The notes beneath the pieces are model-generated. The model made no database searches. It was not told where the DNA came from and saw nothing but the letters and a program-made list of their open reading frames with translations. From a virus, in IMG/VR virus record IMGVR_UViG_3300020473_000021, positions 1-64,000 of that record: DNA of 64,000 nt. One strand, written 5' to 3'. The translations under genes were made by a program, and so were the position numbers. Of the stretch, positions 7,893 to 17,065 are shown one piece after another (positions within the stretch are counted from its first letter, which is position 1; each line of letters opens with the position of its first letter).

Positions 7893-10034
7893 ATGTCAAA
7901 CAAAAACCGTTTCAACAGTCAATTGAACGAAGCGATTGTTACACTGAACACTGAACTGAATGAGTCTGGTGTCGGTGTATCACAAAACGTTGCGAAAGGT
8001 GTTTACTCGCAAGAAAGCATGCACCACTTCCAACAAGGTCAAGCAGAAACCGAAGGCGTTCGCGCTTCAGTTAAAGCTGCTATCGACAGCCTGACTCATG
8101 ATGAGCAAGGCGAGCGTTTCAGCCTGGAAGACAACAGCCCGGCGTTGCAAGCTGGTATCATTGCAGCGATCGCATCTGATTCGCCTGCGGATTACCACAA
8201 GCAAGCGATGACTGCATTCAACGCATCTCACTCTATGGAATCTCTGTACAGTGGTGTTGGCGGTGAATTGGAAGTTGTTGATGGCGACTACAGCCAAGAA
8301 TCTTTCGATGAAACTCAACTGGCTAACTTCAAAGCTCAGAACATCATGTACAACGTGTTGGCGTCTCGTCAGGACCCGTTTGCGGAAGCATTCTTCCCAA
8401 CTAAGGTTATCACGCCAGCAGAAGGTGGTATCTCGATCCAGATCGACAAGCAAGAAGTGCTTGACTATGCTACACACGGTACCGATGGTAGCCGTCTGAA
8501 AGACAACCGTCGTAACTTGATCGAAGCATATGCGAACCACGAAATCCTGAACCGTCCGGCAACTGAAGTTGTTCCTCACGCTCGTGAAGACGGATCAGCT
8601 GACGACAAATTCGTAGCGAACTCATTGGTAGCTACCAAGTCTCGTGAAGTCAACGGCGTATCTGTTAAGACTCGTCCATTGAAAGTTGGCAAACGTGTTA
8701 ACCTTCTTGGTATTTCACAACACCCTGGTCTTCTTGACAATGGCGCACTGACTAACAGTGACCAGTTAGCACCAGGTATGCGTCTGTCTAAAGTTTTCGT
8801 ATCGATGACTAACGAAGCTGGCGACACGACTGAAGTTGTACCTTTCGGTACTGCGAACATGAGTCGCGTTCAGTTCCGTAAATCTCATGAAGGTTCTGGC
8901 CGTGAAGTTACTCTTAACTTCCCTGCTACTTTCATCCTGGATCAGAACACCAAAACTCTTGCTGGTGCAGACATCACTGTACTGGGTAGCACTATCGCCG
9001 ACAACAACCTGGTTGTATCTTTGGATATTACTCTGTCTGGCCGTGCTGACCTTAACAGCGGTGACGTTGAAGTCAACAGCTCTGAAGTTCACGTTGATCG
9101 TGTAACTGATGAAACTGGTGAAGCAATCGCTCTGACTGAAGGTGCCGGTAAAGCAATCGTTGACGCTATCGAAGGCGCATCGAAAGTATTCGGTTATGAA
9201 CTGCAAGCACGCCGTAGCAACAGCAACTGGCGTTCTACTGGTGCATTGATCGACGTTACTCCTTACACTGAGAAATACGCGGTTGAATTGGGTTATCCAA
9301 TCACTGTACTTTCTCCTGCTGGTGAAGAAGCTAACGGTGCTAAGATCTCTGGTATGGTTAACGCTGCGCGTATCCGTAACAGCAACCAAGCAGTAACTAC
9401 CCTGATCAACTACGCTGAGTCTCTGGAAGCGTACCAAGAAGCGTGGAAGCGCGGTGCTAAGACTGACATCATCGGTGCAGCACGTCACTTGGTCATGCCT
9501 TACTTCAACGTACAGGACATCGACATCGCGGCACGTATCAACAGCATCAGCTCTCACGAGCGCGCTGAAGATATCCAAGGTGTGTTGGTAGCACAGATCC
9601 GTGACGAAGCATATCGCATGTATCGTGACTCTAACTACGGTCCTGCACTTGACATGGCTAACGCTGGTACTCAAACCAAGCCTAAGCTGTTGATTGGTTG
9701 TGACGCTGTAACTGCACGTTACTTACAGCTGGACGGCGACACTCGTCTGTTAGGTAATGAAATGGACTATGAAGTTGTTTCTACCAACGACAGTCGTATG
9801 ACCGACACCCTCTTCCTGACGTTCACTACTGGTAAACCTGGTAGCGAAGACGGCTTGACCTTTGGTGTTCACGGTTACGTTCCTGAAATGATTCAGCGTG
9901 TAACTACTCAGCGCAACGGCGCAACTGAGCAGAACGATCGTGTTGTTCCTCGTAGCATCCACGTTCCAGTATTGCCAGTACTGTCTCGCATCAACCTTCA
10001 GAACCTGCAACAAGCAGCTACTGAAAAGGCATAA
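7893..10034 (+). CDS. major capsid protein precursor (phiKZ gp120-like)
   Basis: 713 aa; N-terminal S-x-E prohead-protease sites; YNVLASRQDPFAEAFFPT motif; strong codon bias; strong terminator; synteny. Confidence 0.88.
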   Translation: MSNKNRFNSQLNEAIVTLNTELNESGVGVSQNVAKGVYSQESMHHFQQGQAETEGVRASVKAAIDSLTHDEQGERFSLEDNSPALQAGIIAAIASDSPADYHKQAMTAFNASHSMESLYSGVGGELEVVDGDYSQESFDETQLANFKAQNIMYNVLASRQDPFAEAFFPTKVITPAEGGISIQIDKQEVLDYATHGTDGSRLKDNRRNLIEAYANHEILNRPATEVVPHAREDGSADDKFVANSLVATKSREVNGVSVKTRPLKVGKRVNLLGISQHPGLLDNGALTNSDQLAPGMRLSKVFVSMTNEAGDTTEVVPFGTANMSRVQFRKSHEGSGREVTLNFPATFILDQNTKTLAGADITVLGSTIADNNLVVSLDITLSGRADLNSGDVEVNSSEVHVDRVTDETGEAIALTEGAGKAIVDAIEGASKVFGYELQARRSNSNWRSTGALIDVTPYTEKYAVELGYPITVLSPAGEEANGAKISGMVNAARIRNSNQAVTTLINYAESLEAYQEAWKRGAKTDIIGAARHLVMPYFNVQDIDIAARINSISSHERAEDIQGVLVAQIRDEAYRMYRDSNYGPALDMANAGTQTKPKLLIGCDAVTARYLQLDGDTRLLGNEMDYEVVSTNDSRMTDTLFLTFTTGKPGSEDGLTFGVHGYVPEMIQRVTTQRNGATEQNDRVVPRSIHVPVLPVLSRINLQNLQQAATEKA

Positions 10035-10064
10035 TGCGTAGATAATCCATCGTAGATGGGATAT

Positions 10065-10103
10065 CGGGAGGGAGCTTCGGCTCCCTCCTGTTATTTTTTT
10101 TTT
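10065..10103 (+). terminator. intrinsic terminator after the capsid gene
   Basis: CGGGAGGGAGC-TTCG-GCTCCCTCCTG + long T run. Confidence 0.9.
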
Positions 10104-10117
10104 GACTAGCCGATGAG

Positions 10118-10144
10118 ATTTGAAAAATATATCATTAGTGTGGT
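10118..10144 (+). promoter_or_regulatory. putative early promoter
   Basis: ATTTGAAAAATATATCATTAGTGTGGT. Confidence 0.65.
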
Positions 10145-10198
10145 TAGTAGTAGTGGTACTTAACCGTAAGGGAGATTAACCAATGGCATTGAATTATA

Positions 10199-11311
10199 AT
10201 GACTATTGAGTCAGCATTGGTTGACGAGTTAGAGTACTCCTATAGTGAGGCGGATGCCGTTGAGTATTCTCGATCTGAGATTCCTGAACATAGTCCGCTC
10301 CAAAAGAAGTTGGTGTATTACAACAACATCGGGGAAGACCTAATTGTCGTCGACCGTACCGGTATACAGATGATAATAAAATCGCAGGCTGGAAGGCATG
10401 GTGGTCTTGCGATAGAGAAAGTATACCATGTTGGGAAAGGTGTGGAAGTCGATCCCAACAATGTAAGTAGATTCGAAGGAGGTCCAACTAAAGAAAGAAA
10501 AGCACTCAATGAAGCAATAGAGGCATACGACAATAGCGATAGCATCGCTTGTCGAAAAATGTCAGTCGTTTACACTATCGATCGGGATAAGTTATTAGAA
10601 GGAGGACATCCATTATACGTACCCGAAGTCGATCTCGTGGTGGCTGTAAGAAGACTCCACGAACCTAGGAAAGTTTTACACCCATATAGCGACACCAGTG
10701 CGCGATATCGAATACTCAAGCAATCTGTCGAAGACATCGGTAGACCTACGATGCGCTTTGAGGTATTCATCGTCAGTAACGATAGAATCCATGGAGATCG
10801 TTACATCAACGTACTGGGTGATGTATACAAAGTACCATCTGTTGTACGTCAAGATTTACAGGATGGTGTATATGTATGTAGCAGTGGTTGCATTCCCGGT
10901 CCCGGTGAACGTATACCAAAAACATTCAAACGCTACACGTATGATGAAGCACGCGAACATATAACGCTTTATAGCTGCCCCAATGAGGCTAGGACCTTCG
11001 GTGATCCTCAGGGTGAGCGTGAGCGTGAATTTAGACGTCTAGAGAATGAGTACAAAGAAGAACGTCTCGATATGGAACGTCAAATGGCTAAAGAGAAGCT
11101 GGAGCGTGAGAAACTCCGTGCGGAACAAGCCGATATGATTGCTGAGCTTGATCATTACCGTAAGTTGAAAGAAATGAAAGACAAGGATTATTTTGATGAT
11201 CGATCTAGAGTCCGAAAGGATAATAGTGAAGTAGTCAAATACATACCAGCTATTATAACTGGTATCCTTGCCGTTGCTACGCTGGCTGTAAAACTAAGTG
11301 ATAAAAAATAA
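10199..11311 (+). CDS. conserved protein with coiled coil and C-terminal hydrophobic anchor (phiKZ gp122-like by position)
   Basis: 370 aa, E/R/K-rich helix and YIPAIITGILAVATLAV tail; lies between the capsid gene and the nvRNAP subunit. Confidence 0.7.
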   Translation: MTIESALVDELEYSYSEADAVEYSRSEIPEHSPLQKKLVYYNNIGEDLIVVDRTGIQMIIKSQAGRHGGLAIEKVYHVGKGVEVDPNNVSRFEGGPTKERKALNEAIEAYDNSDSIACRKMSVVYTIDRDKLLEGGHPLYVPEVDLVVAVRRLHEPRKVLHPYSDTSARYRILKQSVEDIGRPTMRFEVFIVSNDRIHGDRYINVLGDVYKVPSVVRQDLQDGVYVCSSGCIPGPGERIPKTFKRYTYDEAREHITLYSCPNEARTFGDPQGEREREFRRLENEYKEERLDMERQMAKEKLEREKLRAEQADMIAELDHYRKLKEMKDKDYFDDRSRVRKDNSEVVKYIPAIITGILAVATLAVKLSDKK

Positions 11312-11320
11312 GGTAAATCC

Positions 11321-12943
11321 ATGGATAAGAACCTTCTAGACCAGGTCATCGCTGAAACACCACAGTTGAATTCCCGCATCATGAACGGGTTAGCAACTGA
11401 ACAATTAATGGGGGTGGAACAATTTGTAGATCAAATATTCCGGTGCGCAGCACAGGACTTTCCAGAGGGTCTTGTGTATGAAGGTTATAAGCGGTGTTCT
11501 CCGAAAGAGGAGTTCAACGTGGCCACTAAGGCAAGAGAGAATCAACGCCGATTCGATCTAGCTCGCAATGACTACTTCATGGTGAAGTATGTATTTACAT
11601 TTAACGGTGAGGAACTATTCCCACGGTACATGTATTTACCCTACGTCAACAAAGGTGGTATATTGCACATACGTGGTAAGCGCTTTGCAATTAGTCCAGT
11701 ACTTGCAGATCCAGCGTTTAGCATCAGTGGTCAAAGCATGTTTATCCAACTGACACGTATACGTCTTACATTCGAACGTACAACACATCACTTCATGTTA
11801 AATGAAGATCGTGAATCGACCTATGTCGTATGGTCTTGGGTTCACACTACTGCACGCAATCGTTTCAATAAATCCAGTTCCAGCTCTCGTATTAAATACA
11901 GTACGATGGCTAATTACTTGTTTGCGCGATTCGGTTTTACAGAAACAATGAAGCGGTTTGCAGGCGTTGATGTTGTGGCGGGAGAGGATGACATCAATAC
12001 GAAGAACTATCCTAAGAGTAAATGGGTTATATGCTCATCTACCGGGATACGTCCTAGAGCGTTTGATCGTAAGAAGGAATACCGAGCGACCAATATTAGA
12101 ATTGCCATACCAAAAGATCAATACGGTCAAAAGGCAAGGTCACTGATCGGTTCCTTCTTCTACATTGCAGATCACTTCCCTAACGATGTACGGTTAGAGG
12201 ATCTCGATGATGTGTGGATGTGGAAAGTTGTATTGGGTCTTATCATCTATGGTCCTGGCAGTAGCTATGGTATCATGGTACAAGAGATCGACGATCACCT
12301 CATGTCGATGGATGAATATGTTGACTTTATGGTCAAACAACGACTCGAACGAGTCGGTATCAAGTGCGACGACATCTACGAGATGTTTATGTACGTGATA
12401 GAAATGCTAGCTCACAAAACCATCACCAACAACGATGAGGTATCTAGCATTTATGGGAAGCAATTGATCACACTGCGATATGTCCTATTCGACATCATCT
12501 CCAAAGTGAATACACTTATGTATAAACTGAAGAATGTGATGAAGAAACATGGTCAGCTCAGTGAAAATGAAATCAACGCTCAAATGAACAGACATCTGTT
12601 TACAGGCACGATCTCTAAGATCAGTAACCACGCATTGCATCCTGAGGTAGTACCCATTTCCACGTCCAATGACAATATGTTCTTTGGGATTACGTGTAAC
12701 ATGGTACCTCAAGATAATGCATCTGGTTCAGGCTCTAAGAAGAACCTATCTCTAGAAGATCCGTCTAGACACTTGCATGTGTCATTAGCAGAAGTCGGCT
12801 CATACAGCAGTTTCCCAAAAGCTGATCCCACGGGTCGTTCCCGGATTAACCCGTGCTTGAAGCTCGCTCCCGACGGTATGGTTCTTAAAGATCCAGACAA
12901 ACAGGAGCTACTAGAACGTGTCCAGAGGCTTATCAGTCGATAA
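11321..12943 (+). CDS. non-virion RNA polymerase beta subunit, N-terminal part (phiKZ gp123-like)
   Basis: YMYLPYV...GKRFAISPVLAD and C-terminal HVSLAEVGS...PKADPTGRSRINP; synteny. Confidence 0.8.
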   Translation: MDKNLLDQVIAETPQLNSRIMNGLATEQLMGVEQFVDQIFRCAAQDFPEGLVYEGYKRCSPKEEFNVATKARENQRRFDLARNDYFMVKYVFTFNGEELFPRYMYLPYVNKGGILHIRGKRFAISPVLADPAFSISGQSMFIQLTRIRLTFERTTHHFMLNEDRESTYVVWSWVHTTARNRFNKSSSSSRIKYSTMANYLFARFGFTETMKRFAGVDVVAGEDDINTKNYPKSKWVICSSTGIRPRAFDRKKEYRATNIRIAIPKDQYGQKARSLIGSFFYIADHFPNDVRLEDLDDVWMWKVVLGLIIYGPGSSYGIMVQEIDDHLMSMDEYVDFMVKQRLERVGIKCDDIYEMFMYVIEMLAHKTITNNDEVSSIYGKQLITLRYVLFDIISKVNTLMYKLKNVMKKHGQLSENEINAQMNRHLFTGTISKISNHALHPEVVPISTSNDNMFFGITCNMVPQDNASGSGSKKNLSLEDPSRHLHVSLAEVGSYSSFPKADPTGRSRINPCLKLAPDGMVLKDPDKQELLERVQRLISR

Positions 12944-12967
12944 GCCTTATATCGTCTATGGTAAATA

Positions 12968-12994
12968 ATAATAAAAATATATCATTGACGTGAA
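12968..12994 (+). promoter_or_regulatory. putative early promoter
   Basis: ATAATAAAAATATATCATTGACGTGAA. Confidence 0.55.
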
Positions 12995-13045
12995 TTAAGG
13001 ACGTCCTTAAATGATCGCTCTCAGATATCAGGAGTCATTTTACAT

Positions 13046-15154
13046 ATGTATCATAATCAGCAGCAACAGCAGCCTGATCCGTTTAGACAGATCCTAAACT
13101 TCAACGGGCAGCAAGTACCACCTGTACCTCGCATGATTCAGTGTGGTAACCTTGCTTCTCCACATGAAGTGAATCAGATCCACGCGGGGTTGATTCAGGG
13201 TATGTTTAATAAGGCTCAACGTGGACACCCTCTTCGGGTCTACATGTTGAACGTCTTATCTCAGGCTGGCTTTGAAAACCAAGAATATGCAGCAATGCTC
13301 GATGGCGCTATCGAGTTTTATGCATACTTGCGTCAAGCTACAAACCAAAACGACCCAATGGGCGTTACGGTTAATACCATCATCAATACTGAACTGGCCG
13401 CGTTTTGTCGTAACCACGGTGAGTGTCAGAACTATATTGACCAACCGACTGCACAGAATCTGCAAAACTATGCTCAGCAGTTTGATCAGATCAGTCATGC
13501 CATTCGTCAATGGAATCAACAACAACAATCCATGATGAACGGTTATGGTAATCAAGGTGGTATGCAGTGGCCTAACCAGCAAAATAACATGGGCATGAAC
13601 CAAGGTAATATGATGGGTTATCAACCCAACCAGATGAACAATCAAATGAATAATCAGTTCGGTGGTGGTCATAACAACTTTGGTGGAATGAATAACGCAA
13701 GCACTATGAACCGTCGTCCGAATCGGTTCGGTGGAAACGGCAACAACAATAATGCCGATATGCTGAGTTCTAATCGTGGCCCACAAAATAATAACGTAAC
13801 GTCGTCAATGAACCGCCCTCGGGCAGATCGCTTTGCATCACGTAGTGCCGGTATGGACCCCACGCCAGACCATCGCCCTAACGATAACGGTGCCACGTTC
13901 GACACGTCTAACGTTAATCAATCTAAAGGACCTAAGTCTCGGTACCTAGGTCGCAACCAACAACAAGATAATATCGATCAAGGGGATAACGACATGCAAA
14001 TGTTTGATGATACGACTCGCCAGATTACTGGTCACCAACGCCGTCTAGAGGTAGAGGAAGCGCTAAGCAGTATGCCTGACCCGCTTAAAGAAGAGTATCA
14101 TCGTCGGCTACCCGCCGTTCCCCGGAGTCATAAAGTCATCGCTACTGGCGATCAATTTGTTGTCGTAGAAGGAAACAATATGGATTACGCAGATCATGAG
14201 TCAGACCCTAAAATGGTCGCACTCTCTAAAACAAATAAAGTCCAACCTAAAGTCGTAGAAGACGAAAGTCGTTGGCCACTTATGTCTCGCCCTGATGTGG
14301 TTGAGGCCGGTAAAGAACATGAAGAGCTGGATGAAGTTGTTGCTGAATCACTGATCTATGACGGACCAGTAAAAGCATCATCTATCTATGAAGCTATCTC
14401 TAACTGCTATATCGGTCTTACCGATGAGATGGCAGATGAAAATGGTAAACTTGATCCTAAATTCTTCAACGAGAAAGCCGTTGAGTTCTATCCTCACTTC
14501 ACCCAACAAGTCGTGGGTGCTACCAAGGATGATATGGAACTTATCGAGCGTCTTCGCAACACTCGCAGTGCCCGCGAGTTAGTATCGTCGCTGCGTGACT
14601 ACGCATCTGACCTTACTGATCACGTATGGCATATGCTACAGTCTCGTCTAACAGATGTAGTGAATCGTCGTCTGAAGGTTTATACTTCTGGCGCTATTGA
14701 AATCGATTCAATCGCTGATGACTATGATGATCTGATGGATGCACTTAATGGTGGTAACCACACCAGTGAATCTATTGAGAACTTCAAGCAGCGTCTACAT
14801 CTTGAACTGAAACGTGCGTGTATTATCCGCAGTTACCAGTTGGATGAAAGTGAAGACCTTGAAGGCGTACAAGAATTCTACACTAGCGCAGCAATCGTAC
14901 ACTTGCCTTGGACTTCCAATGCAATCGATATCAAGTTGCCTAGTGATGGTACGCCTGCTATGATTACACGTGAGTTGTCTGAGGACATCTTAACTGCATG
15001 TATGTCGCTAATCAAGCGTACGTCTCATGACAGTAAGAACCCAGCATCACGTCGCTTCATGGTTACCCGTGACGGTGTCGTAGTAGAAATCTTTGAAGGT
15101 GAGTTCGGTGAAGCCTCTGTATTGATGGCCCTTCACAAAGGTGCTGACCTTTAA
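13046..15154 (+). CDS. conserved jumbo-phage protein with a central Q/N/G/M-rich low-complexity region
   Basis: 702 aa, CAGGAG RBS; residues about 155-320 are Q/N/G/M-rich. Confidence 0.8.
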   Translation: MYHNQQQQQPDPFRQILNFNGQQVPPVPRMIQCGNLASPHEVNQIHAGLIQGMFNKAQRGHPLRVYMLNVLSQAGFENQEYAAMLDGAIEFYAYLRQATNQNDPMGVTVNTIINTELAAFCRNHGECQNYIDQPTAQNLQNYAQQFDQISHAIRQWNQQQQSMMNGYGNQGGMQWPNQQNNMGMNQGNMMGYQPNQMNNQMNNQFGGGHNNFGGMNNASTMNRRPNRFGGNGNNNNADMLSSNRGPQNNNVTSSMNRPRADRFASRSAGMDPTPDHRPNDNGATFDTSNVNQSKGPKSRYLGRNQQQDNIDQGDNDMQMFDDTTRQITGHQRRLEVEEALSSMPDPLKEEYHRRLPAVPRSHKVIATGDQFVVVEGNNMDYADHESDPKMVALSKTNKVQPKVVEDESRWPLMSRPDVVEAGKEHEELDEVVAESLIYDGPVKASSIYEAISNCYIGLTDEMADENGKLDPKFFNEKAVEFYPHFTQQVVGATKDDMELIERLRNTRSARELVSSLRDYASDLTDHVWHMLQSRLTDVVNRRLKVYTSGAIEIDSIADDYDDLMDALNGGNHTSESIENFKQRLHLELKRACIIRSYQLDESEDLEGVQEFYTSAAIVHLPWTSNAIDIKLPSDGTPAMITRELSEDILTACMSLIKRTSHDSKNPASRRFMVTRDGVVVEIFEGEFGEASVLMALHKGADL

Positions 15155-15184
15155 TAGTTTGTGTGTCGCTGAGAGCGGTGCTTT

Positions 15185-15216
15185 GGACTGAGATCGCGAC
15201 TCAGTCCCTTTTTATT
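15185..15216 (+). terminator. intrinsic terminator
   Basis: GGACTGAG-ATCGCGA-CTCAGTCC + CTTTTTATT. Confidence 0.65.
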
Positions 15217-15268
15217 CTGAAAGTGGGGAGGTAGCGCTCCCCACATATTCCGTTTTAAGGTTGACAGT

Positions 15269-15718
15269 ATGAACGCAGCAGCAATATTAGCACAATCATT
15301 TGATTTCGGTACGGTACTTACTACAGAGCAGTTGACTAACATAATCAACCGTTCACCGCAAATGGTATCGCACCTAGAACATCTGGCTACTGAAGATATC
15401 GATAAGTTGTCAGAAAGTGAAACTTACGTAATCCCATCAAAAGGCGATGAGTTTAATGATTTGGATATACGTGAGAAATTGGAAAGAGCACGCGACCACG
15501 GTATGGCTGTGGGATTTCAGCAAGTGCTAAATGGCTATTGTGCTTTCCGTAAATTACCCATCGACGGGTTAGAACATGAAATGCCAGTAGCATTACTCAT
15601 ACTCGGCGTAGAGTATGATGTCGCAGTAAATAACACTGATGGTAAGAACGAGTTAGTTATCGGTTCACCAGCTCGAGCTGATGGATCTTATGCTCGCATC
15701 AACATCAATTATCTGTAA
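15269..15718 (+). CDS. hypothetical protein
   Basis: 149-aa ORF with AAGG RBS. Confidence 0.7.
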   Translation: MNAAAILAQSFDFGTVLTTEQLTNIINRSPQMVSHLEHLATEDIDKLSESETYVIPSKGDEFNDLDIREKLERARDHGMAVGFQQVLNGYCAFRKLPIDGLEHEMPVALLILGVEYDVAVNNTDGKNELVIGSPARADGSYARININYL

Positions 15719-15768
15719 CAGTTTAAGAGAGGTGTGTGTTTCTCATCCCCTTAACACATACCGATCGG

Positions 15769-15802
15769 ATGCAGGGGGCGTGGGGCTCCCTGTATTTTTT
15801 TT
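15769..15802 (+). terminator. intrinsic terminator (a second hairpin precedes it at 15731-15762)
   Basis: ATGCAGGGGGC...GCTCCCTGTAT + T run. Confidence 0.75.
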
Positions 15803-15820
15803 GTAATCGTACGCTAAATA

Positions 15821-15847
15821 ATTTGAAAAATATATTGTGTAGGGGAG
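15821..15847 (+). promoter_or_regulatory. putative early promoter
   Basis: ATTTGAAAAATATATTGTGTAGGGGAG. Confidence 0.6.
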
Positions 15848-15880
15848 TATGAAGTAATGCATTCAAAGGGGATTAAGTAT

Positions 15881-16546
15881 ATGTTTAGTAAACTGAAGCA
15901 ATTCGGTCGCTCAGTTAGTCAATCGTTTAAAACGATATCGACACTGAATGATCGGTTTGTCTATGTTAACAGTATAAAGTTTCACGGTGACCAAGACTAT
16001 TATCCCCAATGTGTGGATAAGCTACTTGAGTGTATCGGAACCAAATACGTTAAATTATTAATAGACTTAGATATAGAAGTGTTCATCGCACCACGTTCTG
16101 CTGGAACTACCATGTCTAACATGCTAGATTCATTGCGTGGATTGGGTGGTGTGTACATGCATGAAGGTAACCCAATATTGATAATTGATCACGACCGTCT
16201 ATTGTCTGAAACACAAGGTCTATCGCAATATCAATCTATCATAACACTCGAGTCTTTCCTAGCGCATGAGTTCAAACATATTGAACAAATACGTAGCGGT
16301 AAACTTAAGATATATCGTGAAAATGGTGAATCTATTGTAGAATGGTGTGGTAGTAAATATCTATTTAACTACATCAACTCATTACCACTTGCGATGTATG
16401 ACGACTTACCTTGGGAGCAAGAAGCAGTAATCGCTGAGATCGAATATCTTTATCAGCTTGGGTATATCGCCAATATGGAACAAGGTTGGGAATTAAGACG
16501 TAATCAATATAAGGTGCTGGATAAGCAACGCCATCCGTCTTTATAA
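15881..16546 (+). CDS. HEXXH zinc metallopeptidase-like protein
   Basis: LAHEFKHIEQ plus downstream PWEQEA; start MFSKLK after AGGGG. Confidence 0.7.
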   Translation: MFSKLKQFGRSVSQSFKTISTLNDRFVYVNSIKFHGDQDYYPQCVDKLLECIGTKYVKLLIDLDIEVFIAPRSAGTTMSNMLDSLRGLGGVYMHEGNPILIIDHDRLLSETQGLSQYQSIITLESFLAHEFKHIEQIRSGKLKIYRENGESIVEWCGSKYLFNYINSLPLAMYDDLPWEQEAVIAEIEYLYQLGYIANMEQGWELRRNQYKVLDKQRHPSL

Positions 16547-16621
16547 ATAAATAGGGCTGCCTCAGGGTAGCCCATTTATATGGCTGCTATTTATTTTTTG
16601 TTAATTCCTGAGGAGCGTGGT

Positions 16622-17020
16622 ATGGATTCTACGAACGGTTGTATTGCCAGCATCTACCTTTACTTCTATAAACTGATCTTCGGTCAGAAGGACGTTGAAT
16701 TGGAAGTCAAGCAAATGCAAGAACGTAATGTTGCAGGTGTGCTTGAATGGAGGCCGTGGGGTTCCAATCGTTGGACTAAACGTATCGTACTTCCGCTACC
16801 AAAGCGAAAGCAAGAATTGAATCAGTTGGATATACTGTTCATTATCAATCGACTCAAGGGTACGGTTTACTTTCCTAAGAAGATCGATACTCGGTGGAAA
16901 ATGAAGTTTGTCTATCGAGACAAACCATACTTCATTGAGATTGATAAATCTGGTATGGCACGTTATGGCTCCGACCATGAGACCTTCGGTAGATTCGAGC
17001 TCAACAGGGCAACAGGATAA
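16622..17020 (+). CDS. hypothetical protein
   Basis: GAGGAG RBS before ATG 16622. Confidence 0.65.
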   Translation: MDSTNGCIASIYLYFYKLIFGQKDVELEVKQMQERNVAGVLEWRPWGSNRWTKRIVLPLPKRKQELNQLDILFIINRLKGTVYFPKKIDTRWKMKFVYRDKPYFIEIDKSGMARYGSDHETFGRFELNRATG

Positions 17021-17030
17021 AAGCACCATA

Positions 17031-17063
17031 AGGGGAGGGCATCAGCCCTCCCTCTTATTTTTT
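17031..17063. terminator. terminator between convergent genes
   Basis: GGGAGGGC-ATCA-GCCCTCCC + TCTTATTTTTT. Confidence 0.8.
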
Positions 17064-17065
17064 GT

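Noticed and set aside
8067-10013. Long antisense ORFs (up to 302 aa) inside the capsid gene
   Set aside because: Expected shadow of strong codon bias in a highly expressed gene; no RBS or protein-like features. The same applies to antisense ORFs in the portal and fibre genes.
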